From Escherichia coli (GTDB lineage: Bacteria; Pseudomonadota; Gammaproteobacteria; Enterobacterales; Enterobacteriaceae), in NCBI RefSeq assembly GCF_003334405.1, contig NZ_QOWM01000001.1: a stretch of DNA of 64,000 nucleotides. The stretch is one strand, 5' to 3'. The notes under the pieces are model-generated. The model worked only from the letters and a program-made list of their open reading frames with translations. It had not been told where the DNA came from and searched no databases. Below, piece by piece: positions 1 to 8,868 of the stretch; position 1 is the stretch's first letter, and each line of letters starts with the position of its first letter. A program made the position numbers and the translations under genes.

Positions 1-76
1 TTGACCCTGCTATGCAATACCCCCACTTTTACAATAAAAAACCCCGGGCAGGGGCGAGTTTGAGGTGAAGTAAGAC
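1..76 (+). promoter_or_regulatory. iscR upstream leader/promoter region (partial; window begins inside it)
   Basis: 76 nt upstream of iscR ATG; TTGACC at 1-6 and TACAAT-like at 30-35, but spacing ambiguous; IscR autoregulation known for this operon (established knowledge), sites not resolved here. Confidence 0.3.
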
Positions 77-565
77 ATGAGACTGACATCTAAAGGGCGC
101 TATGCCGTGACCGCAATGCTTGACGTTGCGCTCAACTCTGAAGCGGGCCCGGTACCGTTGGCTGATATTTCCGAACGTCAGGGAATTTCCCTTTCTTATC
201 TGGAACAACTGTTTTCCCGTCTGCGTAAAAATGGTCTGGTTTCCAGCGTACGTGGACCAGGCGGTGGTTATCTGTTAGGCAAAGATGCCAGCAGCATCGC
301 CGTTGGCGAAGTAATTAGCGCCGTTGACGAATCTGTAGATGCCACCCGTTGTCAGGGTAAAGGCGGCTGCCAGGGCGGCGATAAATGCCTGACCCACGCG
401 CTGTGGCGTGATTTGAGCGACCGTCTCACCGGTTTTCTCAACAACATTACTTTAGGCGAACTGGTTAATAACCAGGAAGTGCTGGATGTGTCTGGTCGTC
501 AGCATACTCACGACGCGCCACGCACCCGCACACAAGACGCGATCGACGTTAAGTTACGCGCTTAA
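77..565 (+). CDS. iscR: Fe-S cluster regulator IscR (Rrf2 family)
   Basis: Complete 162-aa ORF, N-term [20 protein letters not shown]; first gene of isc operon synteny. Confidence 0.97.
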
Positions 566-575
566 TAAAAAGAAT

Positions 576-642
576 TCAGAATCAGGCCGGAGTGCTAAAT
601 ACTCCGTAAACACGGTCGTACATCCAGCCGGTAGCCTGATTC
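576..642 (+). promoter_or_regulatory. structured iscR-iscS intergenic RNA element (nested inverted repeats)
   Basis: Inner hairpin cggagt-gctaaat-actccg (588-606) enclosed by outer arms gaatcaggccgg / ccgg(ta)gcctgattc; lies in the iscRS intergenic region where sRNA-dependent differential operon decay is described. Confidence 0.4.
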
Positions 643-676
643 CTTGCATTGAGTGATGTACGGAGTTTATAGAGCA

Positions 677-1891
677 ATGAAATTACCGATTTATCTCGAC
701 TACTCCGCAACCACGCCGGTGGACCCGCGTGTTGCCGAGAAAATGATGCAGTTTATGACGATGGACGGAACCTTTGGTAACCCGGCCTCCCGTTCTCACC
801 GTTTCGGCTGGCAGGCTGAAGAAGCGGTAGATATCGCCCGTAATCAGATTGCCGATCTGGTCGGCGCTGATCCGCGTGAAATCGTCTTTACCTCTGGTGC
901 AACCGAATCTGACAACCTGGCGATCAAAGGTGCAGCCAACTTTTATCAGAAAAAAGGCAAGCACATCATCACCAGCAAAACCGAACACAAAGCGGTACTG
1001 GATACCTGCCGTCAGCTGGAGCGCGAAGGTTTTGAAGTCACCTACCTGGCACCGCAGCGTAACGGCATTATCGACCTGAAAGAACTTGAAGCAGCGATGC
1101 GTGACGACACCATCCTCGTGTCCATCATGCACGTAAATAACGAAATCGGCGTGGTGCAGGATATCGCGGCTATCGGCGAAATGTGCCGTGCTCGTGGCAT
1201 TATCTATCACGTTGATGCAACCCAGAGCGTGGGTAAACTGCCTATCGACCTGAGCCAGTTGAAAGTTGACCTGATGTCTTTCTCCGGTCACAAAATCTAT
1301 GGCCCGAAAGGTATCGGTGCGCTGTATGTACGTCGTAAACCGCGCGTACGCATCGAAGCGCAAATGCACGGCGGCGGTCACGAGCGCGGTATGCGTTCCG
1401 GCACTCTGCCTGTTCACCAGATCGTCGGAATGGGCGAGGCCTATCGCATCGCAAAAGAAGAGATGGCGACCGAGATGGAACGTCTGCGCGGCCTGCGTAA
1501 CCGTCTGTGGAACGGCATCAAAGATATCGAAGAAGTTTACCTGAACGGTGACCTGGAACACGGTGCGCCGAACATTCTCAACGTCAGCTTCAACTACGTT
1601 GAAGGTGAGTCGCTGATTATGGCGCTGAAAGACCTCGCAGTTTCTTCAGGTTCCGCCTGTACGTCAGCAAGCCTCGAACCGTCCTACGTGCTGCGCGCGC
1701 TGGGGCTGAACGACGAGCTGGCACATAGCTCTATCCGTTTCTCTTTAGGTCGTTTTACTACTGAAGAAGAGATCGACTACACCATCGAGTTAGTTCGTAA
1801 ATCCATCGGTCGTCTGCGTGACCTTTCTCCGCTGTGGGAAATGTACAAGCAGGGCGTGGATCTGAACAGCATCGAATGGGCTCATCATTAA
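677..1891 (+). CDS. iscS: cysteine desulfurase IscS
   Basis: ORF-track 653-1891 trimmed to ATG at 677 giving 404 aa, [19 protein letters not shown]; PLP-dependent class V aminotransferase family. Confidence 0.96.
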
Positions 1892-1918
1892 TCGGTATCG
1901 GAATCAGGAGAATTTATA

Positions 1919-2305
1919 ATGGCTTACAGCGAAAAAGTTATCGACCATTACGAGAATCCGCGTAACGTGGGTTCCTTTGACAACAACGACGAGAACGTCG
2001 GCAGCGGCATGGTGGGGGCACCGGCCTGTGGCGACGTGATGAAGTTGCAGATTAAAGTCAACGATGAAGGTATCATTGAAGACGCGCGTTTTAAAACTTA
2101 CGGCTGCGGTTCCGCTATCGCTTCCAGCTCCCTGGTCACCGAATGGGTGAAAGGGAAGTCTCTCGACGAAGCGCAGGCGATCAAAAACACCGATATTGCT
2201 GAAGAACTTGAACTGCCGCCGGTGAAAATTCACTGTTCTATTCTGGCAGAAGACGCGATCAAAGCCGCCATTGCGGACTATAAAAGCAAACGTGAAGCAA
2301 AATAA
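1919..2305 (+). CDS. iscU: Fe-S cluster scaffold IscU
   Basis: 128-aa ORF MAYSEKVIDHYENPRNVGSF; conserved Cys residues; RBS aggag upstream. Confidence 0.97.
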   Translation: MAYSEKVIDHYENPRNVGSFDNNDENVGSGMVGAPACGDVMKLQIKVNDEGIIEDARFKTYGCGSAIASSSLVTEWVKGKSLDEAQAIKNTDIAEELELPPVKIHCSILAEDAIKAAIADYKSKREAK

Positions 2306-2321
2306 GAGTTGAGGTTTGGTT

Positions 2322-2645
2322 ATGTCGATTACACTGAGCGACAGTGCAGCAGCGCGAGTAAATACCTTTCTGGCTAACCGCGGTAAAGGGTTTGGCCTGC
2401 GTCTGGGCGTGAGAACCTCCGGGTGTTCAGGTATGGCTTATGTACTGGAATTTGTTGACGAACCGACGCCGGAAGACATCGTGTTTGAAGACAAAGGCGT
2501 GAAAGTCGTGGTCGATGGCAAGAGCCTGCAATTTCTGGACGGTACGCAGCTGGACTTCGTAAAAGAAGGCCTGAACGAAGGGTTTAAATTCACCAACCCG
2601 AACGTCAAAGATGAGTGTGGTTGCGGCGAAAGCTTCCACGTTTGA
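2322..2645 (+). CDS. iscA: Fe-S cluster insertion protein IscA (A-type carrier)
   Basis: ORF 2316-2645 trimmed to ATG 2322 (107 aa, [13 protein letters not shown]); C-terminal CGCGESF motif. Confidence 0.95.
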   Translation: MSITLSDSAAARVNTFLANRGKGFGLRLGVRTSGCSGMAYVLEFVDEPTPEDIVFEDKGVKVVVDGKSLQFLDGTQLDFVKEGLNEGFKFTNPNVKDECGCGESFHV

Positions 2646-2740
2646 TGCGCATACCGATAACCCCACCGTGGTCGCCTGCGCGTGGGGTTTGTTTTACCTG
2701 ATTCGCCGTTATCGCGGCGGATCGCAGCCCTGAGAATGTT

Positions 2741-3256
2741 ATGGATTACTTCACCCTCTTTGGCTTGCCTGCCCGCTATCAACTCGATACCCAGGCGCTG
2801 AGCCTGCGTTTTCAGGATCTACAACGTCAGTATCATCCTGATAAATTCGCCAGCGGAAGCCAGGCGGAACAACTCGCCGCCGTACAGCAATCTGCAACCA
2901 TTAACCAGGCCTGGCAAACGCTGCGTCATCCGTTAATGCGCGCGGAATATTTGCTTTCTTTGCACGGCTTTGATCTCGCCAGCGAGCAGCATACTGTGCG
3001 CGACACCGCGTTCCTGATGGAACAGTTGGAGCTGCGCGAAGAGCTGGACGAGATCGAACAGGCGAAAGATGAAGCGCGGCTGGAAAGCTTTATCAAACGT
3101 GTGAAAAAGATGTTTGATACCCGCCATCAGTTGATGGTTGAACAGTTAGACAACGAGACGTGGGACGCGGCGGCGGATACCGTGCGTAAGCTGCGTTTTC
3201 TCGATAAACTGCGAAGCAGTGCCGAACAACTCGAAGAAAAACTGCTCGATTTTTAA
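2741..3256 (+). CDS. hscB: J-domain co-chaperone HscB
   Basis: 171-aa [19 protein letters not shown] with HPD motif (QYHPDKF). Confidence 0.96.
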
Positions 3257-3272
3257 TTTCTGGAAGCTAAAC

Positions 3273-5123
3273 ATGGCCTTATTACAAATTAGTGAACCTG
3301 GTTTGAGTGCTGCGCCGCATCAGCGTCGTCTGGCGGCCGGTATTGACCTGGGCACAACCAACTCGCTGGTGGCGACAGTGCGCAGCGGTCAGGCCGAAAC
3401 GTTAGCCGATCATGAAGGCCGTCACCTGCTGCCATCTGTTGTTCACTATCAACAGCAAGGGCATTCGGTGGGTTATGACGCGCGTACTAATGCAGCGCTC
3501 GATACCGCCAACACAATTAGTTCTGTTAAACGCCTGATGGGACGCTCGCTGGCTGATATCCAGCAACGCTATCCGCATCTGCCTTATCAATTCCAGGCCA
3601 GCGAAAACGGCCTGCCGATGATTGAAACGGCGGCGGGGCTGCTGAACCCGGTGCGCGTTTCTGCGGACATCCTCAAAGCACTGGCGGCGCGGGCAACTGA
3701 AGCCCTGGCAGGCGAGCTGGATGGTGTAGTTATCACCGTTCCGGCGTACTTTGACGATGCCCAGCGTCAGGGCACCAAAGACGCGGCGCGTCTGGCGGGC
3801 CTTCACGTCCTGCGCTTACTTAACGAACCGACCGCTGCGGCTATCGCCTACGGGCTGGATTCCGGTCAGGAAGGCGTGATCGCCGTTTATGACCTCGGTG
3901 GCGGGACGTTTGATATTTCCATTCTGCGCTTAAGTCGCGGCGTGTTTGAAGTGCTGGCAACCGGCGGTGATTCCGCGCTCGGCGGCGATGATTTCGACCA
4001 TCTGCTGGCGGATTACATTCGCGAGCAGGCGGGCATTCCTGATCGTAGCGATAACCGCGTTCAGCGTGAACTGCTGGATGCCGCCATTGCAGCCAAAATC
4101 GCGCTGAGCGATGCGGACTCCGTGACCGTTAACGTTGCGGGCTGGCAGGGCGAAATCAGCCGTGAACAATTCAATGAACTGATCGCGCCACTGGTAAAAC
4201 GAACCTTACTGGCTTGTCGTCGCGCGCTGAAAGACGCGGGTGTAGAAGCTGATGAAGTGCTGGAAGTGGTGATGGTGGGCGGTTCTACTCGCGTGCCGCT
4301 GGTGCGTGAACGGGTAGGCGAATTTTTCGGTCGTCCACCGCTGACTTCCATCGACCCGGATAAAGTCGTCGCTATTGGCGCGGCGATTCAGGCGGATATT
4401 CTGGTGGGTAACAAGCCAGACAGCGAAATGCTGTTGCTTGATGTGATCCCACTGTCGCTGGGCCTCGAAACGATGGGCGGCCTGGTGGAGAAAGTGATTC
4501 CGCGTAATACCACTATTCCGGTGGCCCGCGCTCAGGATTTCACCACCTTTAAAGATGGTCAGACGGCGATGTCTATCCATGTAATGCAGGGTGAGCGCGA
4601 ACTGGTGCAGGACTGCCGCTCACTGGCGCGTTTTGCGCTGCGTGGTATTCCGGCGCTACCGGCTGGCGGTGCGCATATTCGCGTGACGTTCCAGGTCGAT
4701 GCCGACGGTCTTTTGAGCGTGACGGCGATGGAGAAATCCACCGGCGTTGAGGCGTCTATTCAGGTCAAACCGTCTTACGGTCTGACCGATAGCGAAATCG
4801 CTTCGATGATCAAAGACTCAATGAGCTATGCCGAGCAGGACGTAAAAGCCCGAATGCTGGCAGAACAAAAAGTAGAAGCGGCGCGTGTGCTGGAAAGTCT
4901 GCACGGCGCGCTGGCTGCTGATGCCGCGCTGTTAAGCGCCGCAGAACGTCAGGTCATTGACGATGCTGCCGCTCACCTGAGTGAAGTGGCGCAGGGCGAT
5001 GATGTTGACGCCATCGAACAAGCGATTAAAAACGTAGACAAACAAACCCAGGATTTCGCCGCTCGCCGCATGGACCAGTCGGTTCGTCGTGCGCTGAAAG
5101 GCCATTCCGTGGACGAGGTTTAA
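3273..5123 (+). CDS. hscA: Hsp70-type chaperone HscA
   Basis: ORF 3219-5123 trimmed to ATG 3273 (616 aa, [10 protein letters not shown]...); Hsp70 ATPase motif IDLGTTNS. Confidence 0.96.
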
Positions 5124-5124
5124 T

Positions 5125-5460
5125 ATGCCAAAGATTGTTATTTTGCCTCATCAGGATCTCTGCCCTGATGGCGCTGTTCTGGAAGCTAATAGCGGTGAAA
5201 CCATTCTCGACGCAGCTCTGCGTAACGGTATCGAGATTGAACACGCCTGTGAAAAATCCTGTGCTTGCACCACCTGCCACTGCATCGTTCGTGAAGGTTT
5301 TGACTCACTGCCGGAAAGCTCAGAGCAGGAAGACGACATGCTGGACAAAGCCTGGGGACTGGAGCCGGAAAGCCGTTTAAGCTGCCAGGCGCGCGTTACC
5401 GACGAAGATTTAGTAGTCGAAATCCCGCGTTACACTATCAACCATGCGCGTGAGCATTAA
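5125..5460 (+). CDS. fdx: [2Fe-2S] ferredoxin Fdx
   Basis: 111-aa [21 protein letters not shown]; Cys cluster [12 protein letters not shown]. Confidence 0.96.
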
Positions 5461-5471
5461 CAGAGGTTAGT

Positions 5472-5672
5472 ATGGGACTTAAGTGGACCGATAGCCGCGA
5501 AATTGGCGAAGCACTGTACGATGCGTATCCCGATCTTGATCCGAAAACGGTTCGATTCACCGATATGCATCAGTGGATTTGCGATCTGGAAGATTTCGAC
5601 GACGACCCGCAGGCATCCAACGAGAAAATCCTCGAAGCGATTTTGTTAGTCTGGCTGGACGAGGCCGAATAA
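5472..5672 (+). CDS. iscX: Fe-S assembly protein IscX (YfhJ)
   Basis: 66-aa [27 protein letters not shown]; last gene of isc cluster. Confidence 0.95.
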
Positions 5673-5849
5673 TTTCCGCGTCATGCTTCACGCCGCAGAT
5701 GCGTTGGCTGCGCTCGTTCACCCCAGTCACATAGTTATCTATGCTCCTGGGGCTTCACTCACTTGCCGCCTTCCTGCAACGCGAATCATTTAGCGGAAAA
5801 ATCCTGGGGCTGCCAACTGGCGGCCCTTTTACAAAGAAGGATAACTAAA

Positions 5850-7133
5850 ATGACAGAAGCGATGAAGATTACCCTCTCTACCCAACCTGCCGACGCGCGC
5901 TGGGGAGAAAAAGCAACTTACAGCATTAATAATGACGGCATTACCCTGCATTTGAACGGGGCAGACGATCTGGGGCTGATCCAGCGTGCGGCGCGCAAGA
6001 TTGACGGTCTGGGCATCAAGCATGTTCAGTTAAGCGGTGAAGGCTGGGATGCGGATCGCTGCTGGGCATTCTGGCAAGGTTACAAAGCCCCGAAAGGCAC
6101 GCGTAAAGTGGTGTGGCCGGATCTGGACGATGCCCAGCGCCAGGAACTGGATAACCGCCTGATGATCATCGACTGGGTGCGTGACACCATCAACGCACCG
6201 GCAGAAGAATTGGGACCATCGCAACTGGCACAGCGTGCTGTTGATCTGATCAGCAACGTCGCGGGCGATCGTGTGACTTATCGGATCACCAAAGGCGAAG
6301 ATCTGCGTGAGCAAGGTTATATGGGGCTGCACACAGTCGGACGCGGTTCAGAACGTTCTCCGGTATTGCTGGCGCTGGATTACAACCCAACTGGCGATAA
6401 AGAAGCGCCAGTGTACGCGTGCCTGGTAGGTAAAGGTATCACTTTTGACTCCGGCGGCTACAGCATCAAACAGACTGCGTTTATGGACTCGATGAAGTCG
6501 GACATGGGCGGCGCGGCAACGGTTACCGGGGCGCTGGCATTTGCCATTACGCGCGGACTGAACAAGCGCGTGAAGCTGTTCCTCTGCTGTGCGGATAACC
6601 TGATTAGCGGCAATGCGTTCAAGCTGGGCGATATCATCACCTATCGCAACGGTAAAAAAGTTGAAGTGATGAACACTGATGCCGAAGGGCGTCTGGTGCT
6701 TGCCGATGGTCTGATTGATGCCAGTGCGCAGAAACCGGAAATGATCATTGATGCGGCGACCCTCACCGGGGCGGCGAAAACTGCGCTGGGTAATGATTAT
6801 CACGCGCTGTTCAGTTTTGACGATGCGCTGGCCGGTCGCTTGCTGGCGAGTGCCGCGCAGGAGAACGAACCGTTCTGGCGTCTGCCGCTGGCGGAGTTCC
6901 ACCGCAGCCAGCTGCCGTCTAACTTTGCCGAACTGAACAATACCGGAAGCGCGGCGTATCCGGCAGGCGCGAGCACGGCGGCGGGCTTCCTGTCGCACTT
7001 TGTTGAGAACTATCAGCAAGGCTGGCTGCATATCGACTGCTCGGCGACTTACCGTAAAGCGCCGGTTGAACAGTGGTCTGCGGGCGCTACGGGACTTGGT
7101 GTGCGCACGATAGCTAATCTGTTAACGGCGTAA
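5850..7133 (+). CDS. pepB: peptidase B (M17 leucyl aminopeptidase family)
   Basis: ORF 5763-7133 trimmed to ATG 5850 (427 aa, [21 protein letters not shown]); M17 motif NTDAEGRL. Confidence 0.95.
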
Positions 7134-7141
7134 ACTAATAT

Positions 7142-7240
<99 letters not shown>

Positions 7241-7274
7241 TTGCGCCCCGAACGTTGAATGAATTGTGGTTCTT

Positions 7275-8051
7275 ATGTCCGAAACAAAAAACGAACTTGA
7301 AGACCTGCTGGAAAAAGCAGCAACTGAACCGGCGCACCGCCCGGCCTTTTTCCGTACTCTACTGGAATCCACCGTCTGGGTGCCTGGTACGGCGGCGCAG
7401 GGCGAGGCTGTGGTTGAAGATAGCGCGCTTGATTTACAGCACTGGGAAAAAGAAGACGGCACCAGCGTCATTCCTTTTTTCACCTCGTTAGAAGCACTTC
7501 AACAGGCGGTTGAAGACGAACAGGCATTTGTCGTAATGCCCGTTCGCACGCTGTTTGAGATGACACTTGGCGAAACGCTCTTCCTTAATGCCAAACTGCC
7601 AACCGGTAAAGAATTTATGCCGCGTGAAATCAGTTTGTTGATTGGTGAAGAGGGAAATCCGCTGAGCAGCCAGGAAATCCTGGAAGGCGGTGAATCGCTG
7701 ATATTATCGGAAGTCGCAGAGCCGCCAGCACAAATGATTGATTCACTCACCACCTTATTTAAAACCATTAAGCCGGTGAAGCGTGCTTTTATTTGTTCAA
7801 TTAAAGAGAACGAAGAGGCACAGCCTAATTTACTTATTGGCATTGAAGCCGATGGTGATATCGAAGAAATTATTCAGGCGACGGGAAGTGTAGCGACCGA
7901 TACATTACCTGGCGATGAACCAATCGATATTTGTCAGGTGAAAAAAGGGGAAAAAGGAATTAGCCACTTTATTACCGAACATATTGCGCCATTCTATGAA
8001 CGTCGCTGGGGTGGTTTTTTGCGTGACTTTAAACAGAATCGGATAATCTAA
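7275..8051 (+). CDS. sseB: SseB (enhanced serine sensitivity protein)
   Basis: ORF 7266-8051 trimmed to ATG 7275 (258 aa, MSETKNELEDLLEK). Confidence 0.93.
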   Translation: MSETKNELEDLLEKAATEPAHRPAFFRTLLESTVWVPGTAAQGEAVVEDSALDLQHWEKEDGTSVIPFFTSLEALQQAVEDEQAFVVMPVRTLFEMTLGETLFLNAKLPTGKEFMPREISLLIGEEGNPLSSQEILEGGESLILSEVAEPPAQMIDSLTTLFKTIKPVKRAFICSIKENEEAQPNLLIGIEADGDIEEIIQATGSVATDTLPGDEPIDICQVKKGEKGISHFITEHIAPFYERRWGGFLRDFKQNRII

Positions 8052-8054
8052 AAT

Positions 8055-8080
8055 ATGCCGCCCAAAGGGCGGCATTCGGG
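8055..8080. terminator. bidirectional intrinsic terminator (sseB 3' end / small-ORF transcript 3' end)
   Basis: Hairpin atgccgccc-aaa-gggcggcat with U-rich flanks on both strands. Confidence 0.6.
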
Positions 8081-8081
8081 C

Positions 8082-8219
8082 TTACTTGCTGCTCTGAAGG
8101 TTGTTAACCACCAGTAAATTGTCGCCGGAGAGACTCCGGTTATTATTTACCTCGGTTAACAGCGCACCAGAAACAATAAGTACGATACAAAAGCACCGTA
8201 TCTTCATTGTGCGGTCCAT
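8082..8219 (-). CDS. small hydrophobic protein, candidate type I toxin-like (41 aa from ATG 8207, or 45 aa from ATG 8219); ryfA/timP-like
   Basis: Hand-translated minus-strand ORF (M)DRTMKIRCFCIVLIVSGALLTEVNNNRSLSGDNLLVVNNLQSSK*; hydrophobic N-terminal segment; absent from the >=60-aa ORF track; weak SD; location matches the ryfA locus between sseB and sseA as I recall it. Confidence 0.5.
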   Translation of the reverse strand: MDRTMKIRCFCIVLIVSGALLTEVNNNRSLSGDNLLVVNNLQSSK

Positions 8220-8335
8220 GCGAAGACCGCATCACGACAGCACCACTGGCGATATTGCCGCGATAGCAAGCGCTGTGAAACACCTGCATTTACGGCCACG
8301 GAACATCCTTTCCTAAAGCCAGCGCCCGTTTGCGA

Positions 8336-8532
8336 GACGGCGGAAAGGGCCGCAGTGGATAATACACTAACAGAACAATAATAACTCTCTTTTGCTTGAC
8401 AAAAAGAGAGTTACTGGCGAGTATTGTCTCCGCTGAGACGCGCTTGCATTACTACGGTAATACAACCTGCTGGAAAGGCCGCGAACCGGACCAGCAACAA
8501 AAAACCGCCTGATTTTGGCGGTTTTTTGTTTT
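8336..8532 (+). repeat. tandem duplicated sRNA-like module, copy 1
   Basis: About 195-bp unit beginning acggcggaaagggcc..., sharing ctctcttttgcttgacaaaaagagagttactgg and cctgctggaaaggccgcgaacc blocks with copy 2. Confidence 0.75.
8433..8532 (+). ncRNA. candidate small RNA (copy 1; diverged sibling), approx. bounds
   Basis: TTGACA at 8396-8401 with weak -10 about 17 bp downstream; strong intrinsic terminator aaaaaaccgcc-tgatttt-ggcgg + ttttttgtttttt (8498-8534); ryfB/ryfC-type by location. Confidence 0.4.
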
Positions 8533-8752
8533 TTAAAGGAAAGTGAATTTACATGTTTAAGTAATATCTTTTACCGGTTAGAATTTTTAATTTTGAGCAG
8601 GATTTGTTTATATTTGTCTGAATTCGGACTAATAAGCCAGGTTATTTTATTACCGAACACGGCGGAAAGGGCCGGTGTCGATAATACGCTAAATAAACAA
8701 TAATTACTCTCTTTTGCTTGACAAAAAGAGAGTTACTGGTGAGTATTGTTTT

Positions 8753-8857
8753 GCTGTGAAGCACCTGCGTTGCTCATGTAACACAAGTCAACCTGCTGGA
8801 AAGGCCGCGAACCAGACTAGCAATAAAAAACCGCCAAATTCGGCGGTTTTTTATTGC
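8753..8857 (+). ncRNA. candidate antitoxin-type small RNA (copy 2), approx. bounds
   Basis: Predicted 5' end gcugugaagcaccugcguu is complementary, with 2 G-U wobbles, to the small-ORF mRNA leader (plus-strand 8270-8291); terminator 8825-8856. Confidence 0.45.
8825..8856. terminator. bidirectional intrinsic terminator (sRNA copy 2 / sseA)
   Basis: aaaaaaccgcc-aaattc-ggcgg-tttttt with A-tract upstream; directly downstream of sseA stop on the minus strand. Confidence 0.7.
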
Positions 8858-8868
8858 CTGTAAAATAC

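Larger units (their letters stand above)
8651..8857 (+). repeat. tandem duplicated sRNA-like module, copy 2
   Basis: Second copy of the unit, same promoter-like block (TTGACA 8718-8723) and terminator. Confidence 0.75.

Noticed and set aside
683-1561. Long antisense ORFs inside well-supported genes (292 aa opposite iscS; also 6348-7031 opposite pepB, 20437-21015 opposite ispG, 28141-28896 and 28897-29556 opposite guaB, 29670-30533 opposite guaA, 41225-42130 opposite upp, 52291-52875 opposite hyfG)
   Set aside because: They lie entirely within or against genes whose products are full-length and recognisable; such open frames are expected from codon bias, and their translations are low-complexity or Arg/His-rich
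5721-5752. Hairpin ccccag...ctgggg downstream of iscX as a possible isc operon terminator
   Set aside because: Short 6-bp stem with a 20-nt loop and no U-tract; not convincing as an intrinsic terminator
8101-8316. 71-aa plus-strand ORF in the sseB-sseA intergenic region (and the 62-aa ORF at 8515-8703)
   Set aside because: Non-ATG starts, no RBS, basic/low-complexity translations, and they run through hairpins and terminators; the region is better explained by the minus-strand small ORF and plus-strand sRNA modules
8528-8553. Mini-ORF ATG-TTT-AAG-TAA preceded by an aaggaaag SD-like sequence in the spacer between sRNA copies
   Set aside because: Three codons only; may be chance in AT-rich DNA. 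It could act as a leader peptide, but there is no supporting evidence in the sequence alone
8336-8857. Possible CRISPR array or IS/transposon remnant suggested by the tandem repeat
   Set aside because: Only two copies of a long (about 200 bp) unit with a non-repetitive spacer; no short direct repeats with regular spacing, no cas genes, no transposase ORF or terminal inverted repeats
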